In this document: one piece after another, positions 29,550-43,068 of the stretch
How positions within the stretch are numbered: position 1 is the first letter of the stretch
How the letters are laid out: each line of letters opens with the position of its first letter
Source: the human T2T-CHM13v2.0 reference genome, Homo sapiens
Length of the DNA stretch: 64,000 nucleotides
Direction: 5' to 3' (one strand)
Assembly (NCBI RefSeq): GCF_009914755.1
Contig: NC_060933.1
Made by a program: the position numbers and the translations under genes
Notes under the pieces: model-generated
What the model was told of the DNA's origin: nothing
Databases searched by the model: none
What the model saw: the letters and a program-made list of their open reading frames with translations, nothing else

Positions 29550-30020
29550 AATATAATAAAGTAATATCTTATTTACAATTCCAGCAATATTTAAATGTAG
29601 CTGAGATTAAATTTAACAAAAGCAGTACAAAAATTTAATAGAAAATAATGCAAAACTCTGTTAAGGGTATAAAAAATAATATATGGAGAGATTTGCTTTG
29701 CTCATAAATAGAAATGATAGTATAAAGATGTCAATTTTAGTACAATCTATACATCTGATTCAGTTTCAATCAGTATCTTAAAAGACTTTTTATAGATATT
29801 TACAAACTTTCTATATTATTTAGCTCTTACTAACAAAAAAAAACAATTTGAGTAGTAAATATAAAAAAAATCCAAGAAAATTTCAAAGATGAAGGTAAGG
29901 AGAATTTTTTCTTTAATGAAGTAAAGACTGATTACAAAGCTATGGTACTAAGGCATGTAATGTTAGTACAAGGATGTTTAAATTGAATGAAGAAACTGAC
30001 ATCATAAGCAATAGAAAAAG
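29550..30020 (+). mobile_element. Old L1M ORF2 fragment (right flank of Hsmar1)
   Basis: AAATTTAACAAAAG..TGCTCATAAATAG..TAAAGATGTCAATT..TTACAAAGCTATGGTA. Confidence 0.65.
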
Positions 30021-30142
30021 AGAAGATAGCCCGTAATTAGTCCAGGCACAGTTAACTATTAAAATATTTTTTTATATCAGGCTACATAAAAGCAAATAAA
30101 TTCTAGATGGACTAAGTCATATATACGAATAAGAGAACTTTA

Positions 30143-30290
30143 GGCCCGACATGGTGGCTCATGCCTGTAATCCCAGCACTTTGGGAGTCCGAGTCAGGTG
30201 GAACACTTGAGCCCAGGAGTTTGAGAACAGCCTGGGCAACCCTGTCTCTACAAAAAATACAAAAATCAACCAGGCATGTGTGTCTATGTC
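30143..30290 (+). mobile_element. Alu left arm only (AluJ/FLAM-like)
   Basis: GGCCCGACATGGTGGCTCATGCCTGTAATCCCAGC..CTCTACAAAAAATACAAAAAT, after which homology is lost. Confidence 0.9.
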
Positions 30291-30374
30291 CTAAATTTTC
30301 CTGGCACGTGATGACAAACCCCAGAGTATATACCCCAGACAATGCAGCCCCTTCACTACCTGAAGACTTTTTTA

Positions 30375-30487
30375 AAATTCAGGTTCTGATATACTATATC
30401 TGGGGTAAGGGGTGCCGACTTCTACATTACTAATAAGCTCCAAAGTGATGTCGAGTTGCTGATCGTTGAACCATCCTTTGAGCAGAA
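30375..30487. mobile_element. MER5A-like hAT fragment
   Basis: TTCTGAT..TCTGGGGT..AATAAGCTCCAAAGTGAT..CTTTGAGCAG. Confidence 0.6.
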
Positions 30488-30612
30488 AAGCCATAGGTAT
30501 GTTTTTTAACCTAATAATAAAACTGTATCTATTTGCAACTAATCCTAGTAAGATTTTTGTGGGGAAATTGAGCAGAGTAAAAGATTAGTAATGTACCAGG
30601 GCTGCCTCCTAT

Positions 30613-31278
30613 TGAAGTAGCCTCATTGTCTAGGATACCCGAAGTTCGTTGTCTCATGACCAAGGAAATTAAGAACGTGAACACACAAGGAGTGAGGTTG
30701 AGTGGAAGCTTAATGGGCGAAAGAAAGAATAGCTCTCTCTGCTGCAGAGAGAGGGATCCCAAACGGGTTGCCGGTCCGTAACAAAATGCAGGGGGGTTTA
30801 TAGATACCTGGTGAGGAGGCAGTGTCTGATTTACGTAGGGCGCAAAAGATTGGTTGGACCAAGTGTGCCATTTGCATAGGGCACAAAAAAATATTTAGGA
30901 CTAGGTGTGCCATTTGCATAGGGCGTGAGTTTCTGGCCGTCCCCATCCTAATCTTTTATTACGCAGCTGCCTGGTCCTCTGCCTGGTCTGTGGCATGTTG
31001 TACATTTGGTAACACACAGAAAATGGAAGATAGAACCTCACTGTTGGATATGTTTGGCCCCAAGGTGGGCCCTTTTATATTGGCGCAGCTACCGGCATTC
31101 CCCCGTGAAAGCTTCTAGCTTGCCTATTTAGGTTTGCAGCTCAATTTTTCAGGCTGCTTTTTGTTAGAAAAAAATAATAATAATTTATTGGGCTGCTTTT
31201 TGTTAGAAGGGAAGCTTTGCCAAGGACTCTTTTACCCTCACTATCTGCCTAAATAATTTCTTTCTAGCTCCTGTATGG
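30613..31278 (-). mobile_element. ERV1 LTR (MER61-like), 3' LTR of a truncated provirus
   Basis: Minus strand begins ATACAGGAGCTAGAAAGAAATTATTTAGGCAGATAGTGAGGG and ends GCTACTTCA. A polypurine tract abuts it. Confidence 0.82.
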
Positions 31279-32560
<1,282 letters not shown>

Positions 32561-33629
32561 TCCTAGACAAATTTAATAAATTCAAGCCAAGACAAAAACA
32601 TAATGCAGACATTCAGGCAGAAAAAATGCTAACTACCAAAATACAACAATCTAATTTTTCTTAGATTTCCATCATGCTAAATCATTGAATGATACATCAC
32701 AAAATTTTCTTGAATTATAATTGGTTACAATACAAAAATTTTCAGGTCCTGTTTTAAGCCATTTGAAATTTTAAATAAAATATACCTTGTGATGAAATGT
32801 AAATCAAACCACATCTCTGGTAATTCTCAAAAGAGAGAGTTGACAGAGTTGTTAACCCCAGTACTAGATAAGATATGGAAAGGTAATTCATAAAAGAGGA
32901 AATATAATTAGCCACTCAACACAGGAAAAATGTGTGCAACCTCTCTCTCTAATAATCAAATAAATAAGACTTATTCAAATAACATGAAGTATGTTGCCTT
33001 TATTAAATTGGCAATGATACATTCTTTTCATTAATTACGAGTGTTAAAATTACAGTTATATGAGCTCTGAATGTTATAATTTAGCATAACCTTTTAGGAA
33101 ATCACTTTTTTACTATGAATATAAACATAAGAGTTTATATCTTTTGAATCAATAAATTATTTCCTAGGAATCCATCCTAAGGAAATAGTTAAAGAAACCT
33201 CCACACATGCATATACATAAAAGTTCAGCAAAAGATGATTTGTTATCACAAACAAAAACTTTAAATATCTAAGTATATGGGAGTGTTCATTTAAATTACG
33301 GTACAACAATAAGATAATTAGAAAATCATTAAAAACCATGTTTTTAAAGGAATGTTTATAAAAATTGAAAGTCATCATGATCTCATAGTGGGAGAAAAAT
33401 GACTACATAAATTCTCCATCTAGTATAATAGCACTTAAATATGTAAATATGTAGATATGCACTTTAACAAGTGATCCTATATATTAACATCAATTCTCTC
33501 TGGATTATAGGCATACAAGCATTTTTTAGAAATTATTTTTATATTTTCCATATTATAAAAATAATATGTAAAGTAAGTTGAAAGAAAATAATAATTAGAA
33601 AAGAATAAACTTAGAAGAAGAAAAATTTT

Positions 33630-33946
33630 GGCAGGGCACATTGGTTTACGCCTGTAATCCCAGCAATTTGGGAGGCCAAGGCAGGTGGATCACTTGAGCT
33701 CAGGAGTTCGAGACCAGCCTGGCGAACATGGTGACACCTGGTTTCTACTAAAAATACAAAAATTAACCAGGAGTAGTGCCATGGGCTTGTAATCTCAGCA
33801 ACTTAGGAGGCATGAGAATTGCTTGAACTCGGGAAGCAGAGGTTGCAGTGAGCAGAGATTGTGCCACTGTACTCCAGCCTGGGTGACAGAGTCAGACTCT
33901 GTCACCAAAAAAAGAAAAGAAAAGAAAAAGAAGACAAAAGAAAAAA
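33630..33946 (+). mobile_element. Alu (AluS/J boundary type) with GAAAA tail
   Basis: Dimer with a small right-arm deletion. TSD AAGAAGAAAA(A)TTTT. Confidence 0.95.
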
Positions 33947-34077
33947 AGAAGAAAATTTTCTAAAAAAAAAAAAAAAGGAACAAAAATTATAGTTTTGAGA
34001 GGAAAAGTACTGTATAGCCAAGACATTTTAAATTAAAATATTATATTGTTGTGAATAATTTATTGGTAATTCTTTAA

Positions 34078-34430
<353 letters not shown>

Positions 34431-35446
34431 TCCAGTCCACATATTTTCTTAAAAAAATTATTTTCTAGCAAACTAGAACACATTTGTAAATTAATAATTT
34501 TGTGATGGCCAAGACTTATTTAAAAGTGAATAGTGGAAAGTCATAAAAATTGTTAGAGAGTTAAGTTTATGTAATTATCATTAATAAAGTCTTTAATACA
34601 AATGTCAAAAATATTTCACAGAAGTGTTAATAATATAATTATACCAATTAGTATTATACTCACAGATATCAGAGAGGAAGTATATGGTATGTTTGCTCAC
34701 ACTATTATCTGGTAAATATCACCAGCTAGAACAGGCAAAGTTTGTGAATGAGGCTGGTAGATTTCTGTTAGAATCCTTTAAGAAAACAATAACAATAAAC
34801 ATACTGCAGAGAGTACCAATGTCAGAGATTGCAGGCAAAGGTCTTCTTGGGGGACAGTGCTTCAAGATCAACTTTAATCCTCAAGCTGAAAGAAGTCACA
34901 GTGACAAATATGTAATGAGTATTCTTATTTAATTCAAGAGATTTAAGTTCATTATTATTGAGACATTTTCAGTGTGGTAAAACCTTAAAAAAAATTAAAT
35001 AAAAATTGCTCCAGAAAAAAAAAAAACCACTGCAGAAAGCTTCTACGAATCTGTTGGACTTGTCATTTAATGTCCTTATATCAAAACAAAGAAGCATCAT
35101 ATATTTAACTTCGTTTTAGGAGCAAAGAATAAGATGATTTTTAATAAGAGAAAATGATAATCATTTGGCAAAGCTGTTTGCCAGTGTGCAGTTTTTTTCA
35201 CGAACTCCAAAAGAGGTCATGGGCCAGGTAGCATTGAAGCAATTTGAGAAAAAATAAAAGCACGCTAAATACAAAGCAACTCAAAAACACTACAGTACCA
35301 AATGGAGTGCTTCAAATTGCTCCTGAGTATCAGGATTTTATGATGCAGAATTTTGAGGGTCTATTTAAGAAAGCACTGTATCCATGGACTGTCCTAATCC
35401 TTCATCTAAAATAGTAGATATTCATGGCCTATCCCAGGTCCACTGC

Positions 35447-35582
35447 TTTATTTATTTATTTATTTATTTAATTTTAGATTCTAGGGCACATGTGCAGGTT
35501 TGTTACATGGATATATTATGTGATGCTGACGTTTGGGTTTCTATTGAACCTGTCACCCTAATAGTGAACTTAGTACCCAATT
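35447..35582 (-). mobile_element. L1PA/L1PB extreme 3' end (5'-truncated)
   Basis: (TTTA)n tail followed by ACATGTGCAGGTTTGTTACATGG..GTACCCAAT. Confidence 0.88.
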
Positions 35583-36510
35583 GGAATTGGATGCAGGGAC
35601 TCTCCAGATCTAGAACAGGCTCCTCCCCACCAGACTTGCTTGGTCTGGACCTGCTAAAGGATCAGAAAGGAAGAAGATACTGAGAACTAGATGCATGTAC
35701 TCAATAGTATTCCCATTCAGTCTTTGAAGCTTAGTATTTAGACCAAGGCTAGTGCGACCTTTTAAAAGGAATTTAAACAAAAGCAACTACTTAGCTCAGT
35801 GCCTAAAACAAAGTAGTTAGTAATTTAATAATAATTCATTTTCTTTTGTTACATTTTAAAATTGACTGAACATGTCATTTCTTACTGAAAAATTTGAATA
35901 TACATAGGTTAGAAAAATAAGTGACCTTATATATGTATATATATATATCTGATTTTTTTCTTATTTATTTTCAATGGCATAATCTTATTTTTTTTCATTT
36001 AATTAGTAATCCTAAGTGGAAATATATTTCAAAATAGTTTTAAATATGTAACATGAAAAAAATAACACTTGAAAATTAACCCACATTTACTATGTGATCA
36101 TTTTTCTTAAATCTATAAGTTAAACCAATAATATTTTATAAAAAGGCATAATCACAGACAATAGACATATGAATTCTTATGCTAAGGATTGAATTTTTAC
36201 CAAATATAGAACAAATAATATTTATAAAATATGACTGATTTTTTATTTACATAGAAAGACGTTTCCTGGTTTATGATTTTCCATTTAATTATACCATACT
36301 TGCAAAAAAGTAAACTTTTTATATTTGAAAGGAAATAATTTAAATATATGTGTTAGCTTAAAAGTAGGTACATTTACATATTTGCACTTTGAATGTCATT
36401 CTCCAAGTAAAATACAAAGTAGTTACATGTACTTGAACTAGAGGTAGGTCAGTGTAAACTTCCCTGATTATAAATCCATTTGTTCTTCCAAAAGACCTAT
36501 TTATTTTAAG

Positions 36511-36823
36511 CAGCAATCAGCAAACCACAGCCTATGGTCGAAATCTGGGTTGTGGCCTGTTCTGTTTTGTTTTTGGAATTTTCTGGGCCTTATGACAGTA
36601 TCATCATCTCTAGCTGTTTTTCCTTTTTTTTTTTTTTTTTTTTTTTTGCCCCCTGTTTTAGGAAAAGTTTCCGTGATACAGAGCCACACTCATTTGTTTT
36701 TGTAATGTCCATGGCTACTGTCTTTCTAAACAGTAAAGTGGAGTAGTTGCGACAGAAAACTACGGCTGTGCAGCTTAAAATATTTGCTATCTGGCCTTTT
36801 ACAGAAAAGTTTGTTGATTCCTG
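36511..36823 (+). mobile_element. MER58-type hAT MITE
   Basis: TIR-like ends CAGCAATCAGCAAAC and GTTTGTTGATTCCTG. Internal AAAATATTTGCTATCTGGCCTTTTACAGAAAA. Confidence 0.85.
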
Positions 36824-36880
36824 ATATGGACAATAAAAGTTAACCCATTGTAATAAGTTCAGTGTATATAGATTTGGTTT

Positions 36881-36938
36881 GATTTATTTTATTTTATTTT
36901 ATTTTATTTATTTTATTTTATTTTATTTATTTTATTTT
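36881..36938. repeat. (ATTTT)n pentanucleotide repeat
   Basis: Read directly from the sequence. Confidence 0.9.
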
Positions 36939-37539
36939 TGGTATGTCCTAAAAGTTGTTTTATTGTGGAACATTGTTAACCTGTCCTTTTTTTCCTATTT
37001 TTTATTTTACTATACTCTCCTACTTTATTTGCCCTCTTTCTTTTTTTTAACTCCTCATTTTTCATTGCTTCTTCTTACTCTTCACTCATACATCTAACTC
37101 CATTTTAGGAGCACAATACGATAGGAGATTTTATTTTTTTAAGAAATTGGCAATTATTTGGCAAAGTCATATTACCAGCACTACAAAAGAGGCCATAGGC
37201 CAGTATGAATGGCCATGCACAGGGTGGAGGCAGAAAAGCACACACACCCCCAGTAATTCTACCCTCTGTCTCCTTACTTCTTCCCTCCCTTCACGTTACG
37301 TGACACAGTATCTCTTCATTAGCGAGCATGTACGAAAGGATGACTACCGAAATTCAACAGAAAGGATTTTTGTTCTCTGCATCTACAGGTTTTATTTCTA
37401 CTCACACTTCCACATTTGAAGAATATTAAGTTAGAAGACATTATTTTCATCTTCTTTTGTCTGAGTCATGGAACATGTACATTTTTATATTATTCGAAGG
37501 TGACCAATGTGTAGTTTCATATTTTCAATGTTTGAGTAC

Positions 37540-37725
37540 CATACTACTTGCTAACTGTTTGTGTACTGAGCAAATATAATAACTATCTGGGCCTCAGTTT
37601 TCTTACATGTAAAAGAGGACTGTTGTTAGGATTAAAAGATATATAAACAAGACATAAAACACTGTAAACATGCTTAGAACAGAGGTGGGCACAAGTAAAA
37701 CACTTAGTATATGTGAACTATTCTT
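37540..37725 (+). mobile_element. MIR
   Basis: CTGGGCCTCAGTTTTCTTAC..GTTGTTAGGATTAAA..GCTTAGAACAG. Confidence 0.75.
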
Positions 37726-39249
37726 AAATAAGCAAACAAAATCACCATCTTTATTTAATATTTTCTAAAACTATTTGTGGACTTATTAGTGATTCCTGTT
37801 AGCAATAATTCTCCCCTTTCTTTTTAGACAATAATAAACATTATGCCTTGTATGTGTACAGTTTGGTGGAATAACTCAGTATTCATTTAAAGGTTTTGGA
37901 TATTACAAGTGTCTTAAATGTGAGAAAGTGTCTCAGATTTAGATCTATCATTGTACCTGTTATCTCTCAGACAACAGAGCCATTAGCAATGAAGGGCTAA
38001 CTGCTGATCACATATTTTTTATTATAAAAATCTTTGTAGAGACAGCATTTCATGGAGAAGCTTGAAAATTGCTTGAACTGGTAGTAATTTCAGAAGAAAT
38101 AAGTGATTCGAAGAAATATAATGGTGAATATATTCTATGGCCAGGCAGCAGTGATAGAAGGATCTCCTTTGACCCTATGACAATTGTTATTGATTATCTT
38201 GTGATGAAAATGAACAACTGTAATTCCTAGATAATTTAAATACATATTTCTACGTTATGCTTGGCTTTAACAGCTGTCTGTGTGTATATATGTGTGCATA
38301 TCAATTTTAATCAGTCCCGTGGGACTAGAGAAATTAATGTCCTCTGATTTTTTTTATGTTTTATTGTGGATTGATAATGAGTATGTTTATACACCATTAG
38401 TAATACCAGCAGCAATATTTTCATAGCTGGCTGATTTTTAATTTGGGTTATATTGAGTACATTCAATATATTTCAACAAGAACATAATAGCTAAGGATGA
38501 GTGCCTGTAAAGGCTCTTCTTTGGATCTATTCATATTTTTGATCAACCATACCAACAGTTACTTTGTACACTCCTTCATGCCTATAAAATTATGTAACAA
38601 TGTCCAATAGTTCTGAAACTATATCATAGATTTTCAATATGTACAACTGACCCTCAAATTTTCTAGTTTAAATAACTCTCTATCTTAGCTTAACAGGATG
38701 ATCAATGATGCTGAAACAGGGTGGATGCACATAAGAGAGGAATCAGTGTTTTGATGTCATGGTTTCAAGCCAGATGATAAGACAAATGTTACATCAGGCA
38801 CTTTGATGGAATGTTTCTGGAAATCAATAAACCTTGAATTTCTGACCCTTAATTTACTATGGACAAAATGATATCTATAATAAGCAGATAAAAGTGGTAG
38901 TCTTTCTATGTCTCAAAAAAAAGATATCATATATATAACCCTGTAGTTTGTGATCCATCTTTCTATGTATATAAGCTTATAATGAGGATGCATAGCTATT
39001 TATAAGCTAAGAAATGTAAGAATTAATTATATATATAACTATTGAATTAAAAATTAAGCATATTGCTTCTATGCTCTCATTCAACATGCATGTATTAATG
39101 GTCATATATGTACACATGTATGTATATATGAATGTAAGTGTATACATATATGGTTGTGCACATGCACACGTGCATATATAACTTGTGTCAGAGTTGCCAT
39201 ACAGTGGTATCATTTACACTGTATTCTATAGATCTGTGTGAAATGGAAG

Positions 39250-39965
39250 CCCTGTCCCAGATGCCGTATAAACACTGGTAAATATAATCAATATGGTGTC
39301 AATCCCCAATAATCAAAGTTCAGGAGAGATAAGAAAGTAAAGAACAAGGAAACAAACATAGAATTAGTATGTGTGATGTACCCTGAAGATGATAATATTA
39401 ATATAAAAGAGTGGTCAAGGGAAGCTAAATTATAGAAAGTGGCAAGGGAAAGCTTTATTAAGAAAGCAAGACTTGAAGTTTGAGAAAGAACCAGTCAAAT
39501 GAAGAGCGTGGAGACTGAGTATTAAAGGCAGGAGGGAAAACATGTGTTCAGAGAACACTGAAGCAGGAAGGATTTTAACAACATTGAAATTATCAAAGAA
39601 TACCGACACAGCTGGAGAAGAGAGAGGGTAAAAAAAGACCTTAAAATGATATTGGTGATGTGTCTAGTGGCTGGATCATACAGGTCCTTGTAAGGTATAT
39701 TTAACAGTGTGGATTTTATTCTTAATGCAATGTGGAGCCACTGCCAGCTTTTAAGTCTGAGAGTAGTAGCTTAAATAATTGACTCTGGATATTGTGTAAT
39801 GAGAGCCTGAAGCAGAGATAAAGTAAAAATGGGAATAACAGTTAAGAAATCATGGAATCAATCCATGTAAGAGATGACAGTGGCTTTACTGTGATAATGG
39901 CAATGGAAATAGACATATTCAAATACTATTTTGAGGACAAAAAATGTCAGAAATTGGTAAATTAT
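39250..39965 (-). mobile_element. L2 fragment
   Basis: GGATCATACAGGTCCTTGTAAG..GGATTTTATTCTTAATGCAATG..GAGAGATGACAGTGGCTT. Confidence 0.7.
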
Positions 39966-40774
39966 GTGATTATTTATCATATAATTTATGTGATTACTTA
40001 TCACAACCCATCTAAGCTATTATCAATTTCTGGCATAATAAACAATAGCTATGCCCTCACAAAAATATCATAAAAAAGAATGAATTATAGGTATTATTAA
40101 AATATACATTTTTTTATGAGCAAAAGAAACCACATTTTATTCAAAGGTCTAAAACAGAAGTGTCTAGCCTGGGAGAGTAATGGGCGATCAGACGAGTAAT
40201 GTTTACTTTTAATATGTCAAAAATGTTTCAGAATTAATGAATTTTCTTTGATGAGGCAACTTCAAATATCTTTGCTTAGGATGCTTAGGGCTTGACATGG
40301 AAAACTTTGTTTAGCTTTTGATAATGTATTTATTGTCTGTATATGATTCATCATGATGAGAATATTATGGATTCCCTTTAAATATTATCCAGTGTGTGTG
40401 TATACATGTGCATATATATGTGTTAATAAAGTAATGTATGCTTATAAAAACAAAACATATTTAAAGGAATAAAGAATAAAATAAAAACATTTAAAATTCT
40501 TCTATCCAGAGATAGCCTTTATTAAAATAATGGTATATTACTTCCAAGTATTTCCCCGTGCACACAAAATCACATACATGTACACATTCAAAGCAGAATG
40601 GCTATGTGGAAAATAACACAGAATTTAGAGTGAAGCAATATTGAGTATGAATACCAGAGTTTGGCTGCTGGCTAGCTAAGTATCCCTGAAAATGTTATTT
40701 GGACATTTTGACTCTCCATTTCCTCATCTTTATAAGGAGGGGAAGAATATTCAGAGCAATAATGCAGATAAAGT

Positions 40775-41115
40775 ACCGTACTAATACATGCAACACCATG
40801 AAAACACTTAGATGAAAGATGTAAGTGAAAGAAGTCATACTCAAAAGGCTGAATTCTCTGTAGTTTCTTTTTGTGACATTTTACAAAGCAAAACTATAGG
40901 ACAGAAAACAGATCAGTAGTTGCCATAAAGACAGGTTGGAAAATGATTGACTACAGTGGGGCATAAGGTAATTAATTATGCAGGGGGTGGGGGTGGAAGT
41001 AGAATTTTTTTACATCTTTACTTTTTGGTAGTTAAATAACTTTATATATTTATCAATACTCACAGAACTGTACTCTAAAATGAGTAATTTTATTGCATAC
41101 AGTTTTTACCTAAAA
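40775..41115 (+). mobile_element. L1M 3' end (L1MC/ME-like)
   Basis: ATACATGCAACACCATG..AAGTGAAAGAAGTCA..CAGATCAGTAGTTGCC..CACAGAACTGTAC. Confidence 0.75.
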
Positions 41116-41134
41116 AACCAAACCAAACAAAAAC

Positions 41135-42817
41135 CTTTGAGAAAATTAGGAAAATCAAGAAATATTAAAATTCTAGTCAAGGATATCTACAAAAAAATTA
41201 CGTCTACCATCATTCTTAACAATAAAATACTCAATATTTCCTAAGATTAGGAAAAGGGTAAAGATGTCCACTCTTACTTCTTCTATTTAACATTGTTCTA
41301 CATATCTTAAAAAGTATTGTAAGACATAAAAAGTTATACAGATTGGAAAATAATAAGCAAAACAGTCATTCTCTGTAAGCAACTTGTTTGTGTATGTAGA
41401 CAACCCTAAGGAACATACAAAAAACAATCTGTTAGAATAATTGAATTTAGCAATGTTGCAGGACAGAAAGTATTTTACAAAATCAATTGTATTTTTATAT
41501 AGAAGAAATGAACACTTACCAAGTGAAATAGAAAGAAACAACCCTATCGATAATAGCATAAAATAAAATCTTAGGAATAAACGCAACAAAAGTTTCCTAA
41601 GATTTATACATGAAAAACACAAAACATTCAAAGTAATGTTGAAGGAGACACAAATAAATTGAGAGTCAGATCATCACCATGAATTAGAAGACTCATTATT
41701 TTCAAGATGACAGCCATTGACAAGTTGATCCATATATTCAACGCACTCTCAAACAAAATCTTAACAAGCATTTTTGACAAAACTGGCAGGTTGATTTTAA
41801 AATTAATATGGAAAGGCAAAGCATATATACTAGCCAAACATTAATTGAAGAAAAACCAAATTTGGAGGGTTTAAAATATCTGATTTCAATATTTGTTATG
41901 AAGATAAAAGTTATTACTGTGCAGTATTGATGTAAAGATAGACGTATTAAGCAATGTAACAGGACAGACTCATACGACCAACTGATTTTCAACAGAGATG
42001 CTAAGGTACTTTAATGAAGAGCAGCTAGCCTTTTCAACAAACGGTGCTAGAGCAACTTGATATGGGTATGGAAAAAATGACCTTTATATTATGGATATAC
42101 ACAAATTAATTCAAAGTGGATCATAGACCTAAACATAAAATCTAAAATTATTAAACTCATATAAGAGGCATAGAAAATGTCTTTGTGATATTGAGATAAG
42201 GAAAATATTTTATTTAAACATGGCATGAAGAAGTGGAAAATGTATAAAAAGATTGATAAAATGGAATTGATCAAGATTACAAAATTTGCTTTTCAAAAGA
42301 TGTTGGCAATAAAGAGATGGAGAAAATTTTTATAAAACATATCTAAGGGGATGTATCCAGAATATATAAGGAACTCTTACAACTCAAAAACAAGAAAAAA
42401 ATGAACAAAATAACTTGAACAAACCCTTCACAAAAGCAAATATAAAAATAGCCAATGGGTACATAGAAAGACGTTCAACATCATAGTCTCAGACAAATAC
42501 AATTAAAAGTCACAATGTTACCACTGGACAATCAACAGAAAAGCTAGATTTAGAAGATTAACAATACTAAGTGTTGGTGAAGATGTAGGAAGATGATAAA
42601 TCTCATGTATTTCTGTGGAGGATGCAAAATAACACAGCCGTTTTGGAAAATAGTATGCTAATGTAAATTTAAATCTATATTAACTTATCTAGCAATTTTA
42701 TTTCTAGGTATTTGTAGAAGAGAAATGAAAACATAAGTTCATAAAAAGACCTATATATGTATGTCTATAACAACAATATTCATAATAAAAAATCCACCAG
42801 TCATCCAAATGTCCAGT
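41135..42817 (+). mobile_element. Old L1M ORF2 fragment
   Basis: RT and C-terminal ORF2-like motifs (GAATTTAGCAATGTTGCAGGA, CAACTGATTTTCAAC, TGGATCATAGACCTAAA, GAACTCTTACAACTCAA). Many stops. Confidence 0.88.
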
Positions 42818-43068
42818 TCAAGGTGGGTGGACCACAAGGTCAAGAGTTCAAGACCAGCCTGGCCAAGATGGTAAAACCCTGTATCTATTAAAAATACAAA
42901 AATTAGCCAGAAATGGTGGCAGGCACCTGTAATTGCAGCTATTCGGGAGGCTGAGGCAGAGAATTGCTTGAACCCAGGAGATGGAGGTTGCAGTGAGACG
43001 AGATCGCGCCTCTGCACTCCTACCTGGGCTGCAGAGTGAGACTCCATCTCAAAATAAATAAATAAACA
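42818..43068 (+). mobile_element. 5'-truncated Alu (AluSg-like)
   Basis: Starts about 45 nt into the consensus (CAAGGTGGGTGG). (TAAA)n tail. Confidence 0.95.

Noticed and set aside
30960-31060. p53 response element known from some MER61 subfamilies
   Set aside because: Only degenerate half-sites (GGCATGTTG, GATATGTTT) are visible, with no intact paired RRRCWWGYYY.
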